Shown here: piece by piece, positions 18,751 through 27,554 of the stretch
Numbering within the stretch: the stretch's first letter is position 1
Layout: each line of letters begins with the position of its first letter
Source of the DNA: Candidatus Latescibacterota bacterium
GTDB lineage: Bacteria > Latescibacterota > UBA2968 > GCA-2709665
Assembly: GCA_965222075.1 (NCBI GenBank)
Contig: OZ244937.1
Coordinates: 2,528,001 to 2,592,000, forward strand
Direction of reading: 5' to 3'
Length of the DNA: 64,000 nt
Position numbers and translations under genes: made by a program
Notes under the pieces: generated by a model
The model's database searches: none
What the model was told of the DNA's origin: nothing
Seen by the model: only the letters and a program-made list of their open reading frames with translations

Positions 18751-19638
18751 TCATTCCTTAAAATAATGTCCGTAAAGCACCCCCAATCGCTCTTTCACCT
18801 CATCTGAAATCATCCCCGGCGCCGTGATGATCGCGTACTTTGCCGCGTGCAAGCATTCGCAGTCGGATGACGCCGGCAGCATCCGCGCGACCTCCTGCAC
18901 AATCAGATTCGCCCGCTCCGAATTCGCTTTCAGAATCGCCAGCACCGCATCGATGGACACATCCTCTTCCGCCTCGTGCCAGCAATCGTAATCAGTCCCC
19001 GTCGCCAGCATCGCGTAGCACATCTCCGCTTCCCGCGCCAGCTTGGCTTCGGGCAGCGCGGTCATTCCGATCACGGTGGCGCCTACCGCCTTGCGATAAA
19101 AATGGGACTCTGCGTGGGTTGAAAACTGCGGGCCTTCCATGCAGATATACGTGCCGCCCTCGCGCACCGTCGCCCCCTGGTTCTCCGCGGCCTCAACCAC
19201 GGTGCGGCTCAGTTCCTCGCAGAACGGATCGGCAAACGCCACGTGCCCCACGACACCATCTCCGAAAAAGGTCGAAGGCCGGATGCCCTTCGTGCGGTCG
19301 AAAAGCTGGTCCGGCACCACCATATCCCCCGGGCGGATGTGTTCCTGCATAATCCCCACTGCACTCACCGCCAGCACGTGTGTCACGTCCAGTTGTTTGA
19401 GCGCGTGAATATTGGCGCGGTACTTCACCTCTGAGGGCAGCAAATGGTGGTTGCGGCCGTGGCGCGGAAGGAAAAGCACCGTCCGCTCTCCAACCCTGGC
19501 CTCAACGACCGCATCGGACGGGCTGCCAAAAGGCGTTTCGAGCGTGTGCTCGCCCACCACATCCACCCCGTCCATCTGATACACCCCCGAGCCGCCAAGC
19601 ACACCCAGACGCACCGGTTTTGCCGTTCCCTCTGCCAT
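18751..19638 (-). CDS. mtnP: S-methyl-5'-thioadenosine phosphorylase
   Basis: GVLGGSG, TPFGSPS, PRHG, EGPQFST, VIGMT, TDYD. Confidence 0.9.
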   Translation of the reverse strand: MAEGTAKPVRLGVLGGSGVYQMDGVDVVGEHTLETPFGSPSDAVVEARVGERTVLFLPRHGRNHHLLPSEVKYRANIHALKQLDVTHVLAVSAVGIMQEHIRPGDMVVPDQLFDRTKGIRPSTFFGDGVVGHVAFADPFCEELSRTVVEAAENQGATVREGGTYICMEGPQFSTHAESHFYRKAVGATVIGMTALPEAKLAREAEMCYAMLATGTDYDCWHEAEEDVSIDAVLAILKANSERANLIVQEVARMLPASSDCECLHAAKYAIITAPGMISDEVKERLGVLYGHYFKE

Positions 19639-19657
19639 CGCATCCCTCCCTGTGTGC

Positions 19658-20221
19658 CTATCTCCCCCCTCCCGACTCCTCCGGCAGGGCCTCCACCTCC
19701 CCATCCATCTGACCGTTTCCCCCTTCGTCGGAAGACGCTTCGACCGACTCTTTTACCACATCCGCATCAGTAAACGAAAGCTGCGCTAAGAAATCCGACT
19801 GCGCCTGCACCAGCGCCTGAAATCTGGCCACAAACATGTCCCGCTGGTTTTTCAGAACCACAATCTCGGAACGGATCGTCTGGATCTGCACCCGGGCCTT
19901 CTCCACCGCCCGATTTCCCAGAACCTCCGCCTCCTTAACGATCAGCTGCGCCTCCTTGCGGGCATTCTCACGCACATCCTCCGCGGCCTGCTGCGCCGTT
20001 TGCAGCGCCTCCAGCAGCGTCTGCTCGATCTTGCGGTACCGCGCCACCTCCGACTGCAGCGCAGTCTCCTGATCCTTGAGGTCAATATTCTCCCGGTTCA
20101 GCCGCTCGAACTCCTCGGCAGTCATCTCTAAGAAGGCCTGAACCTCGTCCTGGTCGTATCCCCGCAGGGTCCGGCGGAACGTCTGCTTCCGAATGTCCAG
20201 AGGGGTCATCTTCAACGGCAT
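19658..20221 (-). CDS. divIVA: DivIVA domain protein
   Basis: MTPLDIRKQTFRRTLRGYDQDEV followed by coiled coil. Confidence 0.9.
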   Translation of the reverse strand: MPLKMTPLDIRKQTFRRTLRGYDQDEVQAFLEMTAEEFERLNRENIDLKDQETALQSEVARYRKIEQTLLEALQTAQQAAEDVRENARKEAQLIVKEAEVLGNRAVEKARVQIQTIRSEIVVLKNQRDMFVARFQALVQAQSDFLAQLSFTDADVVKESVEASSDEGGNGQMDGEVEALPEESGGGR

Positions 20222-20290
20222 CACCTCCTTAAGGCTTTCACTGCAAATGGGAAGACCTTAAAAATCCGTTGGGGAAAAAGCGCCGATCCA

Positions 20291-20884
20291 TTACCGGATC
20301 AAAATATTGTAAACAGCGTTCTGCACAAAATGCAGCAGAAAAATCAGAATAATTGGGGACAGATCGAACATCCCCAGCGGCGGAATCAACTGCCGGAACG
20401 GCGCCATAATCGGTTCGGTCAAGCTGTAGAGCGGCCACATCAGCCGGCTGTCCCGCCCAAACGGCAGCCAGGACAGTACAATCCGGGCCACGATCAGCGC
20501 CAGGATAACCGACACCGCGCCGTAGAGCAACCAGCCCAGACTCACGATCAGCGCACCGGCCGACAGTCCGTCGAGCAGTCCCAACAGCGCCTCCAGCACA
20601 TCCCCCACCACCCACTTAAAAAAATAGGCCGACAGCACCGTAATCAGGATCACCATCAGCGGGGCAAGGCCCATACTGTTGGGAACAGGCAGGGCCTGGG
20701 CAAAGGGCCAGATCATCGGATCGGTCATACGGCGAACCTGATAGGACGCCCATCCAAAGGGACTCACCTTCAGCAGCACCCACCGCAGCACCATCAGCAC
20801 CACCACGATCAGGATGACCACCTTCACCAGCACGTCCACTCCCACAAGCGCATAGACGATCAACTTCTCCAAAACATCGATCAT
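20291..20884 (-). CDS. yggT: YggT family membrane protein (two YGGT domains)
   Basis: Two repeats (RRMTDPMIWPF / SLTEPIMAPFR...FDLSPII). Confidence 0.85.
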   Translation of the reverse strand: MIDVLEKLIVYALVGVDVLVKVVILIVVVLMVLRWVLLKVSPFGWASYQVRRMTDPMIWPFAQALPVPNSMGLAPLMVILITVLSAYFFKWVVGDVLEALLGLLDGLSAGALIVSLGWLLYGAVSVILALIVARIVLSWLPFGRDSRLMWPLYSLTEPIMAPFRQLIPPLGMFDLSPIILIFLLHFVQNAVYNILIR

Positions 20885-20888
20885 TTTC

Positions 20889-21578
20889 TTATGACCTCGG
20901 CCCAAAGACCGCCGTTCCGACCCGTACCAGCGTCGCCCCCTCTTCGATGGCCGCCTCGAAATCGTTCGTCATCCCCATCGACAAACACCCCATCGAAACC
21001 CCCACAAGCCCTACCGCCGCGATCCGATCCCGCAGTTCGCGCAACCGCACAAAACAGGGCCGTACCGCCTCCGGATCGGGCAGAAATACCCCGATTGTCA
21101 TCACCCCCTCCACACCCACGCCCTCGACCTCTGAAATCTTTCCCACCAGATCCAGCGCACCTTCCGGCGCAACCCCGAACTGCGATTCTGTCCCGGAGGT
21201 ATTCACCTGCACCAGCACCCGCGCGACCTGCCCGTCCTGCACCGCCCGCTTGCCGATCTCCTGCGCCAGCCGCAGGCTGTCCACCGAATGGATCAACTCG
21301 AACATCTGCAGGGCGCTTTTCACCTTGTTTCGCTGCAGGTGCCCCACCAGGTGCCAGACCGCCGGGCCGTTCACGGCCCCCACCTTCGCCTCCGCCTCCT
21401 GGATCCGGTTCTCACCCAGCACCCGCACCCCTGCGCACACCGCTTCCTCAATCGCCGCCACAGGCTGGGTCTTGGAAACGGCCACCAAGGTAACCTCATC
21501 GGCCGACCGCCCCGACCGCTCCGCTGCCCGGGCGATCCGCTCCTGCACCCGCTTCAGGTTCTCCGAAATCGCAGACAT
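20889..21578 (-). CDS. yggS: PLP homeostasis protein YggS
   Basis: LVAVSKT, GENRIQE, GHLQRNK, LSMGMTND, VRVGTAVFG. Confidence 0.93.
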   Translation of the reverse strand: MSAISENLKRVQERIARAAERSGRSADEVTLVAVSKTQPVAAIEEAVCAGVRVLGENRIQEAEAKVGAVNGPAVWHLVGHLQRNKVKSALQMFELIHSVDSLRLAQEIGKRAVQDGQVARVLVQVNTSGTESQFGVAPEGALDLVGKISEVEGVGVEGVMTIGVFLPDPEAVRPCFVRLRELRDRIAAVGLVGVSMGCLSMGMTNDFEAAIEEGATLVRVGTAVFGPRS

Positions 21579-21667
21579 CGCCCTCTCCCCAGGCCTCGGT
21601 CCCGGACGTCTGAAAAATCCAGTGAAGTCTGTAAATATATTATAAAATAGGCGTTTTAGCAACATGA

Positions 21668-21697
21668 AAAGCGGAACCCATTCTGGAATTCCGCTTT
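21668..21697 (-). terminator. intrinsic terminator
   Basis: AAAGCGGAA...TTCCGCTTT hairpin ending in a T run on the minus strand. Confidence 0.6.
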
Positions 21698-21841
21698 AAA
21701 ATCCCCACCACCGGGACGTTTTTCCTCACCGGCTCAAATACGCGCTGTCGGTCATACGCCAGACCACCTCAACGGGGTCTCCAGTCTATCTCAGCGCGCT
21801 CAGTTGTCGCTTTGCCCAGGGTTCTGAAATCTAAGATATCG

Positions 21842-23086
21842 TCAAATAACCTCCTGTTCGACAACCGGATAGGGCGCCAGTACCTCCTCCATCGGCCGAC
21901 ACCATTCGAAGAAGGAAAGCACCCGGAGCAACACCTCGTCCATGACAGCGTCCGGGCACGACGCGCCGCAGGTGAGAACCACATCCAGCGAGCCCCTGTC
22001 GGGCAGCCAGCCTTCGGTTGTCACGACCTGTCGGGTCTTCAGTAAAAAGTGTCGAATACAGGATTCCGAGACAACCTCATCCGCATTCTGGATGAAATAG
22101 GTCGGCATCGCCTCTTCGCACAGCGCCACAATGTGCGAAGTATTGGACGAGTTGTAGCCCCCCACCACCAGCGCTAAGTCCGCCCCGTGCTCGATCAGCG
22201 CGTAGGTCGCATTCTGGTTCTCATTGGTCGCATAGCACAGCGTATCGGAGGTATCCGCAAAGTGGTCCTTCAGATCCTCCTCCCCATAACGATCGACCAG
22301 CGCCTGCCGCAGCACCTGCGCGACCTCCCGGGTCTCCGGCGCCAGCATCGTCGTCTGGTTCACCACGCCGATCCGCTGCAGGTCCCGGTCCGGATCGAAA
22401 CCGGAGGAAGACTTATGCCCGAAGCGTTCAAAAAAGGCCTCCCTGTCCAGCTTCCCCCCAATCACATCTCCCAGAAGATGGGCCTCTTCCAGGTCCAGCA
22501 CCACCACCGTCGGCGCATTCTGGATGCTGTGTGAGAATGTTGCCCGGGTCTCCTCGTGGGTCGCCTTGCCGTGCACCACCACCGTGTAGCCCTCGTCACC
22601 TAACCGGGCGCTTCGGTTCCACACCTTCTCCACAAACGGGCAGGTCGTATTGTAGGTATAAGGGTCAATCCCCCGATCCGCCAGTTCCTTCTGGACCTCC
22701 AGCGTGGTCCCAAAAGCGGGTACCACAACAATATCCTCCAGAGCAAGTGTTTCCCACTCGACCCGTTGTTCTCCGGATGGCTCGAAGATGAACCGTATGC
22801 CACGCTCCTGCAGATCCCGGTTCACATTCGGGTTGTGGATCATCTCGCTCAGGAAGAAGATCCGCCGGTCCGGGTGCTCCTCCAGCGTCCTGTAGGCGAT
22901 CTCGATCGCATTTTCTACCCCGAAGCAGAACCCGAAATGCCGGGCTAAGACAAACCGCACCGGGCCAAAATCGAGCACCGCCGGCGAGAGGTCCCGCTTG
23001 AGCCTATCCTGCACCTGCCGGGCCTTCTTCACCCGCGAAATAATCGGACTCTTGTAAAAGGTCGGAATCTCAAACTGCCGGGCCAT
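21842..23086 (-). CDS. ispH: 4-hydroxy-3-methylbut-2-enyl diphosphate reductase
   Basis: GFCFGV, IHNP, TCPFV, HEE, NQTT, TLCYAT, SSNT. Confidence 0.93.
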   Translation of the reverse strand: MARQFEIPTFYKSPIISRVKKARQVQDRLKRDLSPAVLDFGPVRFVLARHFGFCFGVENAIEIAYRTLEEHPDRRIFFLSEMIHNPNVNRDLQERGIRFIFEPSGEQRVEWETLALEDIVVVPAFGTTLEVQKELADRGIDPYTYNTTCPFVEKVWNRSARLGDEGYTVVVHGKATHEETRATFSHSIQNAPTVVVLDLEEAHLLGDVIGGKLDREAFFERFGHKSSSGFDPDRDLQRIGVVNQTTMLAPETREVAQVLRQALVDRYGEEDLKDHFADTSDTLCYATNENQNATYALIEHGADLALVVGGYNSSNTSHIVALCEEAMPTYFIQNADEVVSESCIRHFLLKTRQVVTTEGWLPDRGSLDVVLTCGASCPDAVMDEVLLRVLSFFEWCRPMEEVLAPYPVVEQEVI

Positions 23087-23119
23087 GGGGTATCCTCAAA
23101 AACAGCGTCAAACGGCAAA

Positions 23120-23572
23120 TCATCCCGTGCTCCCAAACCCTCCCCTGCTCTCCTCTTCCATCTCTACCTCACCCACCCATTCCACCTGCGCCACCCGCAC
23201 AAAGATCCCCTGCGCCAGGCGCTCTCCCCGCGCCACCTCCACCGGCCGGTCCGTAAAATTGTACACCTGCACCCTAACCTCGTCCTCCGGCCCCCGGTAA
23301 TCCTGGTCCACAATCCCCACGCCGTTCGGGATCATCAACCCCTTCTTCAGCGGCAGGCTGCTGCGCGCGGCGATCATCAGCATGTAGCCGGGCGGCACGG
23401 CCACAATCACATTCGCAGGAACCCGATAGAGCCCCTGCGGGGGCACCGTCACCCGCTCCCGGCAGATCAGGTCGAACCCGACCGCCCCGGGCGTCTCGTG
23501 CCTGGGCAGGGGCAGCGAAGGGTCCACCCGTTTGATTCGGACCTTCAGCGCAGCATCAGCCAGGGCACTCAC
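23120..23572 (-). CDS. dut: dUTP diphosphatase
   Basis: AVGFDL, RSS, GIVDQDYRG, LAQ, RGGFGSTG. Confidence 0.92.
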   Translation of the reverse strand: MSALADAALKVRIKRVDPSLPLPRHETPGAVGFDLICRERVTVPPQGLYRVPANVIVAVPPGYMLMIAARSSLPLKKGLMIPNGVGIVDQDYRGPEDEVRVQVYNFTDRPVEVARGERLAQGIFVRVAQVEWVGEVEMEEESRGGFGSTG

Positions 23573-23575
23573 TCC

Positions 23576-23767
23576 TCATGCGGCAGCGCTACGGAAGGCG
23601 CCCGTCTCAATGGACCGGTAGGCTGCCAGGGCAATCTCCGTCGCCGCACGGCCATCCGCGCCGGTCACCGGTGGGTCCTCTCCCTCAAGCACGGCCTCTG
23701 CAAACGCCCGGATCTCCTGGGCCACCGGGCTCTCCTCCTGTGACAGCTCTGATGTAGAAATCGACAC
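23576..23767 (-). pseudogene. C-terminal fragment of a Gfo/Idh/MocA oxidoreductase
   Basis: EIRAFAEAVLEGEDPPVTGADGRAATEIALAAYRSIETG matches the family C-terminus; no Rossmann domain upstream. Confidence 0.65.
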
Positions 23768-23799
23768 CTCGTCTCCGTCGTGCCGTAGGACGAATACTA

Positions 23800-23828
23800 A
23801 GTTTAACTGTCGGCACCCCCGCTGTCAA
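23800..23828 (-). promoter_or_regulatory. sigma70-type promoter of dut-ispH
   Basis: TTGACA-N17-TAAACT. Confidence 0.6.
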
Positions 23829-23983
23829 CAGTTTTCACAAAACCGGTGACTCCCACAAACGCAAGATAGCTCCGCCCCGTCAATTTCGGTTGACATCCGG
23901 CGGATAATGTACATCATTATCTACACCCTGTGGGGTAGGGCAAGGGAATCACCCCGTAAGAAAAAACAAAACATGAGGGTGTA

Positions 23984-25966
23984 ATGGTCTCCAAAACCGA
24001 GGAAAAAGAGTGGCTCAGGTATCTCATCCCGCTCCCCCACGAGATATCCATCCAGGACAGAATCGAATGTCACCCCAGAGACATCTCGATTCAGGTGAGC
24101 CCGGATGCGGGTGAAATCGAAAAAAACGCGGCCGCCGAACTGGAACGGCTATTTGTCGAAAAAGCCGGTGTGAAACCTGCAGGCCAAGGCTTTGAAATCC
24201 TCATCGGCGTCGCAGACCCCCAGGGGAAGTTAGGAGGCCATTCGGTCGATGTCCAGAGGCTCAACCGGCTTCCGAACAAAGAACAGGCCTACGTCATCCA
24301 GCCCAGGGGCAGCAGGGGTCTGCTGCTGGCGGCCCTGGATGGGAGAGGGGGGTACTATGCGGTCAGGACGCTGTACCAGCTCCTCGAATCGAAAATCTCC
24401 AAAGACCGCGTCTCGATCCCCCTGGTAACCGCGACGGACTGGCCGGATATGAACGAGCGGGGGATGTGGAACTTCCCCGACCTCGAAACCTGGATTCCCT
24501 GGATGTCGTCGATCAAACTGAACTACGGCAAAATGGCGTCCACGAAACTGGCAACCGTAGAGCGGGGCAAACCGAATCGAGCGACCATAAACAAAGACTC
24601 CATGCAGAAAGCACGCCTGAAGGCATTTAACTATCTGCCCTATATCCTGCATCTGAACTTCCTGAACGACTGCGGCCTGTTCACGGCCTATCCCGAACTG
24701 GCCGGAGTGGGAGACGGCGCGCTGGCCGGGCGGTATTTTGCGCACAAACAGGGCGACCAGCACCGGGCGCCCTGCGCCTCTAACCCCCTCCTGGCCGAAA
24801 TCCTCGCCGAGTGGATGGCCGACATCGCCTCGCAGGGCGCCGACGAAGTGAGCTGCTGGCTCAGCGAGCGTCCCTGCCAGTGCGGCTGCGTCAACTGTAC
24901 CGCAGTAGGCCAGTTCGTGCTGGAATCCCGCGCCTTTGTGGCGGCCTGGGAGGAAGTCCGCAAACACTACCCGGACTTGCAAATCCGCATCTTCCTGTCC
25001 ACCACAACAACCGTAAGAAACTACAGGGTCCTGGCGGAACTGCCTCCCGAAGTCAAAATCGAGCGGGCCTGCGCCACAGGCCTCGAACGCGTGACCCGCA
25101 TCCCCAGAGACCTGCTGGCCAACCCGCTCCTGGACCACGACGCGGCCCAGGGCCGGTGGATCGCCAGCTACGACGTGCCCATTGGCGCAAACGGGCTGGT
25201 GGACACCCCCGAATTCAAGGTTCCCCAGTCCTCCGCACACCGCATCAGGGACTTCGTCGGCCAGCTCATCCGCCGCAACTACAGCGGCGCCTATGGCATG
25301 ATGGCCTGGTCCAGTCTGGGCGTGGAAACGTCCGGATTTAACATCCACGCCCTCGCCGAATGGTCCTGGAACCTGAACGGGCGTAGCGAAAAGGAATTCG
25401 CGGTCGCCTGGGCCACGCGCGGTAGCTATGAGCACCCCGATGCAGTGGGCGAATGGGCCGAACTCCTGGGGCCTGTGGAATTCGACGTCTACGACTCGGA
25501 TTTTCCCATCTGTTATTCCTGGGGCAAGGCGATTGCCATGGTGCAGAACAAGCAGCGGCCCTATCTGGGGGAGGGGATATTCCGGTATTATACGGATGAT
25601 GGTGCTTTCGACCGCAAAAAAGCGGTCTGCGATCAGGCCCTGGAGATCGCAAAAGGCTTCGAGAACCTTGATCTGGCCAATGAGACCCGTATCGTCCGCT
25701 CCTACGTCGAACTCGCCAGGTGTGTCTACCAGATAGCCGAACAGGTGGCCACCCTCGACTTAACCGACCCGACCGTTCAGGACAAACTGCGCGAATCGAT
25801 CGCAGACCTGGAACAGGCGGGCGAGGGGAACGCCGCTACCATAAAAACCTGGCGGAGCGCGCTGGGGCCGGAGCCGTGGCACCACAGAGTGCACGATGCG
25901 ATCAAAGCGACCGAAACAACCGTTCGGGAAATCTCCAGGTTTGTGTCCGAACGGTATCTTTATTAA
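23984..25966 (+). CDS. hypothetical protein with GH20-type zincin-like N-terminal domain (putative glycoside hydrolase-like)
   Basis: LIPLPHE...EQAYVI...GGYYAVRTLYQL...DWPDMNERG pattern; no signal peptide; Cys-rich internal motif. Confidence 0.55.
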   Translation: MVSKTEEKEWLRYLIPLPHEISIQDRIECHPRDISIQVSPDAGEIEKNAAAELERLFVEKAGVKPAGQGFEILIGVADPQGKLGGHSVDVQRLNRLPNKEQAYVIQPRGSRGLLLAALDGRGGYYAVRTLYQLLESKISKDRVSIPLVTATDWPDMNERGMWNFPDLETWIPWMSSIKLNYGKMASTKLATVERGKPNRATINKDSMQKARLKAFNYLPYILHLNFLNDCGLFTAYPELAGVGDGALAGRYFAHKQGDQHRAPCASNPLLAEILAEWMADIASQGADEVSCWLSERPCQCGCVNCTAVGQFVLESRAFVAAWEEVRKHYPDLQIRIFLSTTTTVRNYRVLAELPPEVKIERACATGLERVTRIPRDLLANPLLDHDAAQGRWIASYDVPIGANGLVDTPEFKVPQSSAHRIRDFVGQLIRRNYSGAYGMMAWSSLGVETSGFNIHALAEWSWNLNGRSEKEFAVAWATRGSYEHPDAVGEWAELLGPVEFDVYDSDFPICYSWGKAIAMVQNKQRPYLGEGIFRYYTDDGAFDRKKAVCDQALEIAKGFENLDLANETRIVRSYVELARCVYQIAEQVATLDLTDPTVQDKLRESIADLEQAGEGNAATIKTWRSALGPEPWHHRVHDAIKATETTVREISRFVSERYLY

Positions 25967-25994
25967 AATTCTCGGCAAACGGCAAACAGGGTGG

Positions 25995-26042
25995 GGAGAC
26001 GATCCTGTGAGCCGGAGACAGGCGTTAGCCAATCGTCCGGGG
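25995..26042. repeat. 48-bp hairpin repeat, copy 1
   Basis: 45/48 identical to 63752-63799; GACGAT/ATCGTC outer stem. Confidence 0.85.
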
Positions 26043-26145
26043 CGGCGCCCCCTCTACCCTTCCCTGGAACCCCGGTTTCCGGATTTGGGAGAGGTGGCAC
26101 ATTTCACGTTTCACGTCTGCCGTCTGCCCTTTCACAGGAGACTCT

Positions 26146-27201
26146 ATGCCCGTTATCTCTCACACGGTTCTGCGACAGTTCGGCTACGCCATCTTCCAGG
26201 CCGCGGGCCTGCCTGAAGACCAGACCCGTATCGTTACCGACCATCTCGTCAACGCCAACTTGGTGGGGCACGACTCTCACGGCATGATGCGGCTCCCCGG
26301 ATATGCCCGTGCCCTGCGCAGGGGAGGCATCCGGCCTGCCGGAAACCACGAAATCGTTCGGGAGACCCCCGCATCCCTCGTCATAGACGCAAACTGGGGC
26401 ATCGGCATTGTCGTGGCCCACCAGGCCATGCAGATGGCCGTGGATCGGGCGGTACAGCATACCCTGGGCGCCGTGGCCGTCCACCGGTCCAGCCACATCG
26501 GCCGCCTGGGCGACTTTCCACCCCGGGCCGCAGAACAGGACTGCGTCGGCATCCTCATCCTCAACGGCGGTGGCCGTTTTACCGCCCCCTTTGGCGGCAC
26601 CGCCCGCCGTCTCCCGCCCAACCCCATCGCCATTAGCGTGCCCACCCACCACGGCCCACCCATGATGCTCGACATCACCACCAGCATGGCCGCCGGGGGC
26701 AAAGTCGACATCTACCGTGCCCGGAACCAGCCCCTTCCCGAAGGCTGGCTCATCGACCGGGAAGGCAACCCCGTGACCGACCCGGACGCCTTCCGGGCAG
26801 GCGATGTGGCCATGCTCCCCTTAGGCGGTGCGGCCGGCCACAAGGGCTATGGCCTGTCCATGATGATCGACGCAATTGCCGGAGGGCTGTCCCGGGCCGG
26901 ATGCAGCGCCGAACATCCCACCCGGGGCGGCAGCGGCTTTCTGGCCCTCGCGGTCAAAATCGAAAGCTTTATCGACCTGGATGACTTCAAGCGGGAAGTA
27001 CAGGTCCTCATCGACTGGGTCAAATCCTCTCCCACCCAGACCGGCGTGGACCGGATCTACCTCCCCGGCGAAATCGAAGACGAAACCCGCCAGCAGAGGG
27101 AGGTCGAAGGCATCTTCCTGGAAGCGTCTACCTGGAGCGACATTCTGGATGTCGCCGGAGAACTGGACATCCCCCAACCGGAAACCGGAGGCGCCCCATG
27201 A
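26146..27201 (+). CDS. Ldh_2 family (malate/lactate/ureidoglycolate) oxidoreductase
   Basis: GHDSHG, HIGRLG, NPIAI, DITTS, GHKGYGL, YLPGE. Confidence 0.9.
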   Translation: MPVISHTVLRQFGYAIFQAAGLPEDQTRIVTDHLVNANLVGHDSHGMMRLPGYARALRRGGIRPAGNHEIVRETPASLVIDANWGIGIVVAHQAMQMAVDRAVQHTLGAVAVHRSSHIGRLGDFPPRAAEQDCVGILILNGGGRFTAPFGGTARRLPPNPIAISVPTHHGPPMMLDITTSMAAGGKVDIYRARNQPLPEGWLIDREGNPVTDPDAFRAGDVAMLPLGGAAGHKGYGLSMMIDAIAGGLSRAGCSAEHPTRGGSGFLALAVKIESFIDLDDFKREVQVLIDWVKSSPTQTGVDRIYLPGEIEDETRQQREVEGIFLEASTWSDILDVAGELDIPQPETGGAP

Positions 27202-27443
27202 GGGTTCAGGAACTCATCGACTTCTACCTCGCCATTCGCACGCCCGGACAGCTCCTGGGATTCGACCCGGTCTTCAGCCAGAAACTGGATGGCCTCAAAG
27301 GTGCCATTCAAACCTACTACGGCAGCCAGGAAGTCTGGCTGGCTCTGCCCGAAGATACGGAACTGCCAGAAGAGATTGCCAAAATGGTGCAGGACCTCAT
27401 AGAAAAATATCAGGCGTGGAACAAGGGTGAGGATGGAACATAA
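27198..27443 (+). CDS. hypothetical protein
   Basis: ATGA overlap with the upstream gene, GGAGG RBS, protein-like composition. Confidence 0.6.
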   Translation: MRVQELIDFYLAIRTPGQLLGFDPVFSQKLDGLKGAIQTYYGSQEVWLALPEDTELPEEIAKMVQDLIEKYQAWNKGEDGT

Positions 27444-27554
27444 ATTTAGCTTCTTCGCCTGCGGACAACCAGCCAGAGGGAAACAGCAAGGGCAGCGCCG
27501 TCGCCACATCAGGATGGTCTGACCCCAGGGCCTCCTTTTTTTCCGAGATATCCC

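Noticed and set aside
18503-18754. 83-aa ORF with a poly-Gly stretch
   Set aside because: The Gly run is an off-frame reading of the VEVEVE codons of the ileS relic; the other frame explains the sequence.
17940-21840. T-box leader for ileS
   Set aside because: No GGTGGNACCGCG T-box sequence found upstream of ileS or of the operon.
25995-26042. Cobalamin riboswitch (GAGCCGGAGAC resembles a B12-box fragment)
   Set aside because: The rest of the aptamer is missing, and the second copy is antisense to its neighbouring genes.
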